The notes: a model not told the origin generated them from the sequence alone. Positions 1 through 8,852 are shown, numbered from the stretch's first letter. The stretch: DNA of 64,000 nucleotides from Candidatus Uhrbacteria bacterium (GCA_016188355.1 JACPHY010000005.1:7389-71388), one strand, 5' to 3'. Program-made: numbers and translations.

Positions 1-1
1 G

Positions 2-808
2 TACACGTTCTGGCTCATTCCTGCCTTTCTCTTCGCACTCCGCGACATCTGGAAACGAAACGACCGCACTCACGCGTTGCTCCTCCTGTGGTTTGCGGTG
101 GGGTTCATCGGATATTCGGCGGCGCGCACAAAATTTGATTGGTATCTCCTGCCCCTCTACCCGGCAGCCGCCATGAGCATTGCCGTATTCCTTCGTGCCG
201 CACGCATGGCCACACAGGATTGGCTGATCGGCGTAGGGCACCTGGCCGCACTCGCCGCATCCATTGCGTATTTCCCCGCACTCTTCCCCGATGGGTCGCG
301 AGCGGACGCCTGGATAGAACGCGCGTACGCACCATTGCTCCATCCGCTCGTTGCCGCGAGTGCAGCCGCCGCCATTTCCATCTGCTGCATCCATGTCGCC
401 CGCCATCGCTGGCCGCACCACCTGGAGCGTATCCTCATGACCATCACGCTCAGCACCGTACTCATCCCTGGCTTCGCCATTACGCTCCACCATCTCCGCG
501 CACGCGGCCCCGAACATCCGTTCGCCGATGTCGCGACGCGCATCGCAGGCACCCACGGCACCCTCGTGAGCTTCGGCCTCGAATACCAACAACAACCCGC
601 CGGGTACTACCTCCTCCGCAGTCGCCTCACGAACGATGTCCGAATCCTCGACGGCCAAAATGACGCTACCCGCACGCTCGCCATGCTCCGCGAACGATCG
701 CCCGCATTCCTCCTGACTCCTCGATCCTCCACGATCCCTCCGAGCATGCACGCCTCCATCGGCGATGCGGAATTATTCGGCGACTTCCTCTTGTGGCGCC
801 GTAAGTGA
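2..808 (+). CDS. ArnT/PMT-like (GT-C) membrane glycosyltransferase, 5'-truncated by the window edge
   Basis: Frame is open from position 2 (YTFWLIPAFLF...). Multiple TM segments and a TKFDWYLLPLYPA motif typical of ArnT/GT39; next to GT2 and LAB_N genes. Confidence 0.7.
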   Translation, partial: YTFWLIPAFLFALRDIWKRNDRTHALLLLWFAVGFIGYSAARTKFDWYLLPLYPAAAMSIAVFLRAARMATQDWLIGVGHLAALAASIAYFPALFPDGSRADAWIERAYAPLLHPLVAASAAAAISICCIHVARHRWPHHLERILMTITLSTVLIPGFAITLHHLRARGPEHPFADVATRIAGTHGTLVSFGLEYQQQPAGYYLLRSRLTNDVRILDGQNDATRTLAMLRERSPAFLLTPRSSTIPPSMHASIGDAELFGDFLLWRRK

Positions 809-1114
809 TCCTCGCGGCAATGCATGATGCCCGCGATAGTGAAACCAGAGATTCCGAAGGTAAATCAAAAATCCGAGACTGTTGCCCGCAATGAACACCG
901 GGTCGCGGCGCACCATTGAGTACAGGAGAATCAATGCGCCACCCACCAAGGAGAGCCACCAAAATGCGGCGGGAATCACCACCTTCCGCGCGCGCTCCGT
1001 CGCGATCCACTGCACGAAAAACCGTAAAAAAAACGTGAACTGCGCAAATAAGCCGAACCATACCCAAAAATCCCAACCGCGGACGTAGGTCCACATCCAT
1101 GCAATCCCGTTCAT
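773..1114 (-). CDS. Lipid-A-disaccharide synthase N-terminal (LAB_N)-domain membrane protein
   Basis: GLFAQFTFFLRFFVQWIATER...IPAAFWWLSLVGG...RDPVFI..N..G..IYLRNL signature; start overlaps the GT2 stop. Confidence 0.85.
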   Translation of the reverse strand: MNGIAWMWTYVRGWDFWVWFGLFAQFTFFLRFFVQWIATERARKVVIPAAFWWLSLVGGALILLYSMVRRDPVFIAGNSLGFLIYLRNLWFHYRGHHALPRGSLTAPQEEVAE

Positions 1115-2064
1115 AACTGCTTCTGTAGGACCTCTGCGATGGGCAACGGCGTTTCCCGCTCCCGCCCAAGGATGAGGAGATCCGCGAGAAATCCCGTGGT
1201 CACAACCTGAACCCCGAGGACCATGAGCAGCACCCCGAGCAACAGTAACGGACGGCCGCCGATCTGTTCTCCCGAAAACCAGAGCATGGCGAGAGAGAGG
1301 TTGATCACCATGCCGAGGAGCAACAGTACGCCCCCCACTGCACCAAAAAAATGCGCGGGGCGATTGCGGAATCGGAAGAGCAGCGCCACGGTGCCGAGAT
1401 CAAAGAGCCCGCGGAACATACGACGAAGCCCCGTGCGGCCGTACTTCGATGCGCCAAACTGCCGCGTGCGATGATGCACCGGCATCTCCGCCACCCGAAA
1501 TCCTTGCATGGCGGCAAGCGCGGGAATCATCCGATAGAGGTCACCGCGGAGCGGCAGTGCGTCCACTACCTCGCGACGCAACACACGGATGCCGCAGTTT
1601 TGATCATGGAGACGCACGCCGGAGAGCGATCCCAATGCCGCATTGAACAAACGTGAGGACCACACCTTCACGCGCGGATCATGACGGTTCACCTTCCAGC
1701 CGATCACGCAATCGTACTCCTGAAGCTTGGCGAACATCTTCGGGAGTTCGACGGGATCATCCTGGAGATCCGCATCCAGCGTCGCGAGCACCTCGCCGCG
1801 CGCAGTTCGGAAACCAGCTGCATAGGCAGTCGCCTTTCCAAAATTCCTTCGCAAGCGCACCCCAATGACCCGTGGATCCTGCTCCGCGAGCGCGCGCAGC
1901 ACTGCCCAGGAGCTATCCGTGGATCCATCATCAACCCAAACGAACTCCGTCGCAGCCGGTTCGCGCTCATCCAACGGAAACACCACCGCCAACTCCGCAT
2001 GGAGCTGCGTAAGCGATTCGGCTTCGTTATAGACCGGAATGATGATGGAGCGCATGGGGGGCAA
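1111..2064 (-). CDS. Glycosyltransferase family 2 (ArnC/polyprenol-phosphate glycosyltransferase-like)
   Basis: IIPVYNE, VDDGSTD, RNFGK and DADLQDDP motifs; two C-terminal TM helices. Confidence 0.9.
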   Translation of the reverse strand: MPPMRSIIIPVYNEAESLTQLHAELAVVFPLDEREPAATEFVWVDDGSTDSSWAVLRALAEQDPRVIGVRLRRNFGKATAYAAGFRTARGEVLATLDADLQDDPVELPKMFAKLQEYDCVIGWKVNRHDPRVKVWSSRLFNAALGSLSGVRLHDQNCGIRVLRREVVDALPLRGDLYRMIPALAAMQGFRVAEMPVHHRTRQFGASKYGRTGLRRMFRGLFDLGTVALLFRFRNRPAHFFGAVGGVLLLLGMVINLSLAMLWFSGEQIGGRPLLLLGVLLMVLGVQVVTTGFLADLLILGRERETPLPIAEVLQKQL

Positions 2065-2097
2065 TGGCTGTACCGTACCGGATTTCGCTTTCTATGG

Positions 2098-2129
2098 AAA
2101 ACGGCCACCCCCAATGTTGGGGGTGGCCG
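2098..2129 (-). terminator. Intrinsic terminator of the hisG-purA-purC-HAM1-kinase operon
   Basis: Inverted repeat CGGCCACCCCCAA/TTGGGGGTGGCCG followed by TTTT on the minus strand; nearly identical to the hairpin at 51642-51673. Confidence 0.7.
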
Positions 2130-2140
2130 CAGATCATTCG

Positions 2141-2515
2141 TTACCGGAATCGATCGATGGACGCGATCGCCGCCGCGAGCACCTGCTCTGATGACGGCGC
2201 TGCGTCAATGACCGCGCACTGCTGCATCCCGATCCGCTCCGCGACCATGCGAAATCGTTCACGGTAGTACGTGAGGTCGGCCACGGTATGATACCGCTCG
2301 CTGAGGTCCTTCCCCGCCTGCATCAAGCGCGCTCGAGATACGTCCACCGGTGCATCCAGGATGAGGTAGTGCTCGCCCGCAATCGGCTGCAGCAGGAGAT
2401 CGTCCGTCATCTTGGTGGGAAGACCCCGATCCGCGACATCGTACCCGCGCGCACGGAGTGCTGCGACGAGCGTTGATTTTCCGGTGCCGTCATTCCCATC
2501 GACCACAATCTTCAT
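2141..2515 (-). CDS. Small P-loop nucleoside monophosphate kinase-like protein (thymidylate-kinase-like)
   Basis: MKIVVDGNDGTGKST Walker A, DR motif (VADRG), LILDAPVDV..AR; ATG at 2515 overlaps the upstream TGA (TGATG). Confidence 0.7.
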   Translation of the reverse strand: MKIVVDGNDGTGKSTLVAALRARGYDVADRGLPTKMTDDLLLQPIAGEHYLILDAPVDVSRARLMQAGKDLSERYHTVADLTYYRERFRMVAERIGMQQCAVIDAAPSSEQVLAAAIASIDRFR

Positions 2516-3243
2516 CAGACACCCGTGCGCAATTGCTTCCCGAGCCACACCGTGAACTCCTGGAGCGCCTGCTTGCGGTGACTGAGGAGATTCTTCCGCA
2601 CGGAATCGATCTCTGCCCAGGTCTTCCCGAACGATCGCTCGCTCGCGAAGATGGGATCGTAGCCGAAGCCGTTCGTGCCCCGCGTCTCCGTGGTGATCCA
2701 TCCGCTCACCTCACCATGGAACCGCGCAACCATATTGCCATCGGTGTCCGCCACCACGAGAAGGATCACGAATTTCGCAGCGCGGTGGGCAGGGTCGATA
2801 TGCGACATGAGCTCGAGGACGCGCGCATTGTTCGCGGCGTCCATTGCTTCACGCGGCCGCTCGCTGGGACGATACGTTCGCACGCGCCGTCGTGACGCGT
2901 CGAGATCGTAGTCACTGAACCGCGCCGACCACGGCCCCGGCAACCCCCCGAGCGCCGGGATCACGATCCCCGAATCCTCGCTGATCGTCATCAGTTGCGC
3001 CGCACGAGTGGCAGCGTTCGCCTCCATCGAGGACAACCCGGAGCATTGGTACAGCTCACGCACGGTATTCCCGACATGGAGTCCGTACGCGCGCGCCTTG
3101 ATCGCCGCATTTTCCGCGAAGGTCGTCCCCGTCTCTTCGGGATCGATGGGGTCGGTGACCACGAGCGGAATTTGGAGCGGACCGAGCACGCTCGCAAGCT
3201 CCCGCACCTTGTACTGATTCGTCGTACCCAGATAGAACTTCAT
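2515..3243 (-). CDS. Non-canonical purine NTP pyrophosphatase (HAM1/RdgB family)
   Basis: TTNQYKVRE, EETGTTFAENAAIKA, EDSG, GGLPGPWSARF, GFGYDPIF and SHR motifs; carries two insertions. Confidence 0.9.
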   Translation of the reverse strand: MKFYLGTTNQYKVRELASVLGPLQIPLVVTDPIDPEETGTTFAENAAIKARAYGLHVGNTVRELYQCSGLSSMEANAATRAAQLMTISEDSGIVIPALGGLPGPWSARFSDYDLDASRRRVRTYRPSERPREAMDAANNARVLELMSHIDPAHRAAKFVILLVVADTDGNMVARFHGEVSGWITTETRGTNGFGYDPIFASERSFGKTWAEIDSVRKNLLSHRKQALQEFTVWLGKQLRTGV

Positions 3244-4250
3244 CGCACACCTCCGGACATCAGCGAGGCCAGCAGATTCCACTTCCGAACGACATCATCG
3301 CTGCTCCCTCCGGATCGCCAGACATCTTTGTCGAGCATGCCGAGATCGAGGTGCCGGAAACGTCCACAGTCCGGGGAGAGTTCGCCATACACGAGCCCGC
3401 CGTCCTCCGCGATGAACATGCAGAGATCGTAGAACACGATGTCCTTGGTGGCGAGAAACTCCGCGATCGTCTTCGCCGCGAGGAACGCCGTCCGCCGCGC
3501 CTTCGCCACATCGATGAACCAATCCGCGATTTGGTCGGGAAGCATCTGGTCCGCGACTCGGCTGGCCCACGGCAGGAGCTGCTGCCAGTACGCGCGGTCG
3601 CGGACCGCATTGATCCGTTTCTCCGTCGCATTCGCCCCTTCCAGCGCATCCACGATTTGTACGGTCACCTGTTCTCCGCGCTTCTGATCCCTGAGCGGAT
3701 TCCGCCAGTCGAACCGGACGACCATTTCCGGAAATGCGCCTTCCGCGGTGATTGGCATGCCCGCGTAGAACGGATGACTCTCGCGCACGCGCGTGTCCGC
3801 GAGCCCGATGCACCCATGCTTCGTGGTTCCCGTGAGGAACTGCTTCACGATGATCTCGATGGGCGGCGCCTTCGGAAGCGCCGCGATCGCTGCGGTGTCG
3901 AGATCCGGCGGGACGAAGGCGGGAAGTCCATACTTCCGAAACTCCGCCGCATGCGGCATGACGAGATCCGCGAGCACCCATTGGTCCGTCACCTCGCGAT
4001 ACGCGTGACGGATGCCCACCGCACGAAGCACGTCCACGAAGATGGACGATGCCCACAGCCGCGGCACCTCGGATCCCGGGACCTGCGCGCAACGGTTTTC
4101 GGTGAATGAGTAGATCGACGGCAGGAATTTGATGACCACCTGCCCATTCCCGAGATACCGTACCTCCTTACTCTCGCCCCGGATCACCAAGGGGAGCCCC
4201 TGGAAATCCGCTTCGGTGAAGCCCCGAAACCATCCGTCGGTCGACACCAT
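3240..4250 (-). CDS. SAICAR synthetase (PurC)-like protein, divergent
   Basis: RGESKEV, PIEIIVK..LTGT, GELSPDCGR and LDKDVWR motifs; the canonical DxKxEFG is replaced by DLCMFIA. Confidence 0.8.
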   Translation of the reverse strand: MVSTDGWFRGFTEADFQGLPLVIRGESKEVRYLGNGQVVIKFLPSIYSFTENRCAQVPGSEVPRLWASSIFVDVLRAVGIRHAYREVTDQWVLADLVMPHAAEFRKYGLPAFVPPDLDTAAIAALPKAPPIEIIVKQFLTGTTKHGCIGLADTRVRESHPFYAGMPITAEGAFPEMVVRFDWRNPLRDQKRGEQVTVQIVDALEGANATEKRINAVRDRAYWQQLLPWASRVADQMLPDQIADWFIDVAKARRTAFLAAKTIAEFLATKDIVFYDLCMFIAEDGGLVYGELSPDCGRFRHLDLGMLDKDVWRSGGSSDDVVRKWNLLASLMSGGVR

Positions 4251-4259
4251 GCGTCCCTC

Positions 4260-5561
4260 CTACGGCACGATCGTGCACGGAATGAATGCGTCCCGATCCG
4301 CACCGATGCCGATACCGGAAACGGGTACCCCCGCGCTCTTTGCGATGTGCTCGAGATAGCGCACTGCGGTATCCGGAAGCGCATCGATCGTCCGCGCCTC
4401 GGTCACGTCACCCTCCCACCCCGCATGCGCACGCAGGTGGGGTCGCGCGCCCCGAAGCACCGTACCCGTGAGCGCGCCTGGATTCGTCTCCACGACGCCG
4501 TCGAACACGTATCCATCGCACGTGGCGAGCGCACCGAAGTTGGAGAGGACATCGAGTTTCGTCACGACGAGTTCCGTCACGCCACCCACGCGACAGGCGT
4601 GTCGCAGCGCAACGGTGTCGAGCCAGCCGCAACGACGCGGCCGCCCGGTCGTCGTGCCGTACTCGTGGCCGCGCTCCCGCAACTGCTCACCCAGCACATC
4701 GGCCAGCTCGGTCGGAAACGGACCTCCCCCCACGCGCGTTGCATATGCCTTCGTCACGCCGACGACGCGCTCGAACTGATACACCCCGAAGGACATGCTC
4801 ACGCCCGCGGCAGTGCAGGAGGACGACGTCGTATACGGACGCGATCCGTGATACGTGTCGAGGAGCACACCCTGCGCTCCCTCGAACACCACCTCCGCAT
4901 CATGATCGATGAGACCCCACACCATCTTTCGGGTGTCCTGGAGGTACGGTGCGAATCGTTTCCCGTGCTCCGCACACCACGCGATCGTCGCATCGAGCGA
5001 ATAGGGGTCGAGCTCCATGTCGGGTACCGTCGCGGGTCCCCCATGCTGGCGAGCGATCGCGCAGAGCTCCGCGAAGTACCCACCTTCGGTAAGTACCGCG
5101 CGGATATCCGCCGGTACCCGGAGGTCGCCCAGACTGAGGCTGCGTCGCAACCAGAAATCGCTCGCCGCAGGACCGATGCCGCGCTTCGTCGTACCGATTG
5201 CATTCCCTCCGGCCGACGTTTCCCGCGCCGCATCGATGATGCGGTGGATCGGGAGCACGATCGGCGCGGAGTGATCGAGGAATACCTTCGCCCCACATCG
5301 TTCCGCGATCGCGAGCTCCGCCGCACCCACATCGCAATCGAAGAGGACGCCCGGACCCACGAAGTTCTCCATCCCCGCACGAACGATGCCGCTCGGGAGG
5401 AGATGGAGCGCCGTCTTCTGGCCGCCCACCACAAGGGTATGTCCCGCATTCGCGCCGCCCTGGTATCGAACGACCGCCTGCGCGGTGGCCGCGTATCGAT
5501 CGACGACCTTTCCTTTTCCTTCATCGCCCCACTGCGCGCCGACCACGACCGTTGTTCCCAT
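4260..5561 (-). CDS. purA: Adenylosuccinate synthetase
   Basis: GAQWGDEGKGK, QGGANAGHT, GTTKRGIGP, EGAQG, TTGRPRRCGWLD and TKLDVL motifs. Confidence 0.95.
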   Translation of the reverse strand: MGTTVVVGAQWGDEGKGKVVDRYAATAQAVVRYQGGANAGHTLVVGGQKTALHLLPSGIVRAGMENFVGPGVLFDCDVGAAELAIAERCGAKVFLDHSAPIVLPIHRIIDAARETSAGGNAIGTTKRGIGPAASDFWLRRSLSLGDLRVPADIRAVLTEGGYFAELCAIARQHGGPATVPDMELDPYSLDATIAWCAEHGKRFAPYLQDTRKMVWGLIDHDAEVVFEGAQGVLLDTYHGSRPYTTSSSCTAAGVSMSFGVYQFERVVGVTKAYATRVGGGPFPTELADVLGEQLRERGHEYGTTTGRPRRCGWLDTVALRHACRVGGVTELVVTKLDVLSNFGALATCDGYVFDGVVETNPGALTGTVLRGARPHLRAHAGWEGDVTEARTIDALPDTAVRYLEHIAKSAGVPVSGIGIGADRDAFIPCTIVP

Positions 5562-5564
5562 GAT

Positions 5565-6710
5565 TCAATGCCCCTTGTTCTGGTGATTCCCTTCCGTGAG
5601 GAAGGTACGGAGAATGGTGTCATGCGAACCCACGAAACGATCAGGGGATCCCACTGCATCCATGAGCAACGCTCGGGAAACGATCGCCGCATGGCCCTCA
5701 CGCGTTACTCCCCACCGCTGCACGGTGGACGCGATATGCGCGAACGTGCACTCGGGAATCTCCGCATGAAATACGTGACTCGCATACATGCCGGGATACT
5801 GTCGCCCTTCGAGCGCGAAGGAGCGCCACGGCTGGAGACGCTCCTCGATGGCCGCAACCACGCTCCTATCCGCAAGCTCCTCCCGGAGTTCGCGGCAAAG
5901 CGCGGGCCGCGGAAGCTCACTCGCATCCACCGAACCTCCGAAGCAGCAGTATCGCCCCCGACATGCCGCGACGGGATGATTCTCCCCCTTCACCTGCACG
6001 AGGAACTGGTCGCCGCTCCAAATGATCGCTACCGCTCCTACTGCTCCACATGCCGCCGCTGCGCGCTGCACCACCGTATCCGGATGCGCAACGTGCAGTT
6101 GCGCCAGCAGCGCGCTCATCGGCATGAGGTGTGCGGGGTCTTCGAGCGCCGCGCGGTTCGTCACGAGGAGCGTCGAACTGGCGAGGAGACGATCAATGAT
6201 TGTGAGTCCGTTGGCCGCGATGGTCGCGCCTGTTTCCACGCAATCGAGCACCAGATCCGCGATGCCGGGTGCGTATGCCTCGGTCGCTCCACGCGTCGAC
6301 AGGATGATGTGCGCGAGTCCGCGATCAAACGCCCACCGCGACGCAATCCCCTCGTATTCCGTAGCGATGACGAGCGGGCGCGGCGGCAGATGCGCGAGGA
6401 GATCACTCCCCTGCGCTGCTGCAACCACGAGCTCCACCGGGTTCGTCCCGAAGTCAAAGAGCGGCACCACAGAATCGTATGCCGCATCCTCCACGCAATC
6501 CCGCCCCGTCACGCCAAGCACCGAAAACCCATGCGCCACAAGCTGTGGAATCGCACGCGCCTTGAACAGCGTCGCCGTCCATGCAGGATCGCTCACCTGG
6601 AGATGGAGCGATCGCGGATTGGATTGCTGGAACTGTATCCCTGCATTCGCCAGCACTTCCCGTACGCCTTCGAAGAGTCGCCCCTTCGGGAGCGCCAATG
6701 ATACGGCCAT
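5565..6710 (-). CDS. hisG: ATP phosphoribosyltransferase (short HisG) fused to a C-terminal Nudix hydrolase
   Basis: N-terminal LALPKGRL, GVTGRD, ATEY, GATE and DCVETGATI..NGL. C-terminal Nudix box G-SVDAS-E-LPRPALC-RELREEL. Confidence 0.85.
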   Translation of the reverse strand: MAVSLALPKGRLFEGVREVLANAGIQFQQSNPRSLHLQVSDPAWTATLFKARAIPQLVAHGFSVLGVTGRDCVEDAAYDSVVPLFDFGTNPVELVVAAAQGSDLLAHLPPRPLVIATEYEGIASRWAFDRGLAHIILSTRGATEAYAPGIADLVLDCVETGATIAANGLTIIDRLLASSTLLVTNRAALEDPAHLMPMSALLAQLHVAHPDTVVQRAAAACGAVGAVAIIWSGDQFLVQVKGENHPVAACRGRYCCFGGSVDASELPRPALCRELREELADRSVVAAIEERLQPWRSFALEGRQYPGMYASHVFHAEIPECTFAHIASTVQRWGVTREGHAAIVSRALLMDAVGSPDRFVGSHDTILRTFLTEGNHQNKGH

Positions 6711-6778
6711 CTGCTTCCCTCATTTCTCCCATGAATTAGGAACGAACAGCAGCGCCGCGGGAATCGCAACGCATCCGA

Positions 6779-6807
6779 ACTGTACGCAATACAAACAAAT
6801 ATGTCAA
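6779..6807 (-). promoter_or_regulatory. Sigma70-type promoter of the hisG-Nudix operon
   Basis: Minus strand TTGACA-N17-TACAGT; palindrome CGTACA-N3-TGTACG at 6813-6827 just upstream. Confidence 0.7.
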
Positions 6808-6861
6808 TAGAGCGTACATTTTGTACGATTGACCCAATAGCAGCACCGCGTCATCCGCAGC

Positions 6862-7968
6862 TCAGGAGCGATCTGACCATGTTCGATCGATCCGAATACC
6901 CATGCGCTCCATATCCGCGAGGAGCGGCTCAGGATCCACGAAATTCCCCATGGCGAACAGTCCCGATTGATGCTGCGCGAGGTACTGGCGAATGCACGCA
7001 ATCACCGGGATCGCGGTGAACGCGAACGGATCCGCATGCTCTGCCCGAATCCGAAGACGACGTGCCCGACCCTGCACTTGTCCTTCCGCGTCGACGAGAA
7101 ACACGATGCCGGGAGCTCCGCGCAGGAATCGATTCGCACAACGAACGAACCATCGAGCAAAGGTGCGGCGCCCCCATCCAGGACGAATGCGATACGCGAT
7201 CATCGCGATGGGCATGAGTGCCATGAGCAGAAGATCGGTCGGCCCCCCGAATCCACCAACGACCGTCATCACCTTACGGAGACCAAGCGATTCGGGAACC
7301 GTGCGAAGCTCGGGCATGTCGATGGGATAGCATCGCTGCGTTCCGAATGGCGCACCAAAATCCACGAGATGCGCATCGCGGTACGTCGACGCGCGCCAAT
7401 GCCCATCCGCAAAAATTTCTGGAAGTCCTGCCGCGAGCATGTCCACAATCTCCACCGCAGACTCTTCCGTACGGAATCGCGCACGCATGGCCATGGCTAC
7501 CACCGCGGCATCATATCGGTCGAAGGAGGATGCAGCAGCACGCACGAATGCGGCCGGCAAACCCGGATGGAATCCCGCCTGCACAATGAAACATCGGCCC
7601 GCGTCACGCACCTCCGCTGCACGCGAGGCGAGTACATGCTGCGTGCTGCAATCCACATAATCCACGCCCATGCGGATACACGCGTCGGCAAGTCGAGGAA
7701 TCGCGGCGGTCGCCGTGGTGACCTGCACCACCAATGTGTAGCCACGCAGCACCGGGTCGAGATCATCATGGGCGAGGTCGACCACACACCCCGCCACCCG
7801 ATCCGACGCAAAAGCACGAAGCTGCGCCACCATCGCGGCCACTCGTTCCTGCGAACGGCCCGCAACCGTCACCCGCACATTCGTCTCGCGGAGTAGCAAC
7901 TCCGCAATGAGTGCGCCAACGCCACCCGTACCGCCCACCACCAGGCACCGAGGAACCGATGTCTCCAT
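6862..7968 (-). CDS. Saccharopine dehydrogenase-like NAD(P)-binding oxidoreductase
   Basis: VVGGTGGVG Rossmann motif, VAGRS, GVDYVD and AGFHPGLP. Confidence 0.8.
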   Translation of the reverse strand: METSVPRCLVVGGTGGVGALIAELLLRETNVRVTVAGRSQERVAAMVAQLRAFASDRVAGCVVDLAHDDLDPVLRGYTLVVQVTTATAAIPRLADACIRMGVDYVDCSTQHVLASRAAEVRDAGRCFIVQAGFHPGLPAAFVRAAASSFDRYDAAVVAMAMRARFRTEESAVEIVDMLAAGLPEIFADGHWRASTYRDAHLVDFGAPFGTQRCYPIDMPELRTVPESLGLRKVMTVVGGFGGPTDLLLMALMPIAMIAYRIRPGWGRRTFARWFVRCANRFLRGAPGIVFLVDAEGQVQGRARRLRIRAEHADPFAFTAIPVIACIRQYLAQHQSGLFAMGNFVDPEPLLADMERMGIRIDRTWSDRS

Positions 7969-7984
7969 ATATCCCCACCATAAA

Positions 7985-8119
7985 GGAAATACCCGCCCTC
8001 TTCGAGAAGGGGGGCACTAAAACCTCCGGCCACTCTCCCGCGATGCTACCTGCTACCGTAGCTGCGCTTTCCCGATGCCCACACTATCTCCAAGAGCATA
8101 CCGGAGGAACACCATGCCC
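7985..8119 (-). promoter_or_regulatory. Candidate structured 5' leader/attenuator
   Basis: ~15-bp stem (8023-8038 with 8092-8107) and outer GGGCA/TGCCC pairing that overlaps a GC hairpin plus U-rich tract just before the ATG. Confidence 0.3.
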
Positions 8120-8161
8120 GTTTCCCCATGCAATACGAGCCGCCGCCGAGTGTTTCGTTAC

Positions 8162-8197
8162 AAAAAATTCGTCCGTCCTCACGAAGAGGACGGACGA
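8162..8197 (-). terminator. Intrinsic terminator
   Basis: 12-bp stem TCGTCCGTCCTC/GAGGACGGACGA plus a T6 tract on the minus strand, directly after the 8202 stop. Confidence 0.75.
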
Positions 8198-8201
8198 TGC
8201 G

Positions 8202-8780
8202 TCATGGAGCTACGGGAACGGGCATCGCAGGGGCAGGCGTCGGTGGATCGTCGGGTGCCGCGTGCCAGTCGAAGCAGTCGGCCCAGGCGATCAATGCGAC
8301 ATGATCGATGATGACATCGCCATCCGCCGTGAACTTCCCCACACACGGGAGCGCCAGCTCATGCTTCTGCAGCGCACCAATGATCCGCCGCAGCATGGGG
8401 CGGTCGAGACTGCCTCCCATGCGCTCGACGATCACCATCTCCGCATGCCCATCGCATTTCGGAATACGTACGCGATCTGTGGTGAGCGGGCCGGGAATGC
8501 CATGCGCTCGCCAGAGCTGCGCACCCAACCATTCCGTGTAGCCGACGATGCCTGCATGCACCGTTGCTTCCAATTCATGTCGGTGGGACACACGGAGCAG
8601 CTCGGGATCCAAGGAGTCCGGATAGGTTTGGAGATCCGCATCCGTCCGCAGCTGCACCAGCAGTGCACCGAATGCGGAGGGACACAACTCCGACAGCTGC
8701 CGCACGAGTGCAAATTGTTCTTTCCTCAGCGCCTGCAAGAGACGACCACGATAATCGACGCCAGAATCATTGGGCTTCAT
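8202..8780 (-). CDS. Hypothetical protein
   Basis: ATG at 8780 with GGAGGAG SD, its own promoter and terminator; no recognisable motif. Confidence 0.65.
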   Translation of the reverse strand: MKPNDSGVDYRGRLLQALRKEQFALVRQLSELCPSAFGALLVQLRTDADLQTYPDSLDPELLRVSHRHELEATVHAGIVGYTEWLGAQLWRAHGIPGPLTTDRVRIPKCDGHAEMVIVERMGGSLDRPMLRRIIGALQKHELALPCVGKFTADGDVIIDHVALIAWADCFDWHAAPDDPPTPAPAMPVPVAP

Positions 8781-8823
8781 CTTCTCCTCCATTTCACCAA
8801 TGCGCGAACGGGCAACCGTCGGA

Positions 8824-8852
8824 ACCGTACCAAAAGTCCCATACGAAGTCAA
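8824..8852 (-). promoter_or_regulatory. Sigma70-type promoter
   Basis: Minus strand TTGACT-N17-TACGGT with extended TG. Confidence 0.55.

Noticed and set aside
4260-5561. PurZ (2-aminoadenine DNA pathway)
   Set aside because: The catalytic motif is canonical GDEGKG (Asp), not the Ser-containing PurZ version, and there is no phage context.
4347-6701. 784-aa plus-strand ORF
   Set aside because: Antisense shadow of purA and hisG caused by high GC; no motifs.
6862-7968. Oxidoreductase as the PenB/CofA-equivalent reductase of the nucleotide operon
   Set aside because: It is saccharopine-dehydrogenase-like rather than an SDR, and the operon has its own promoter downstream of it. A link is possible but unsupported.
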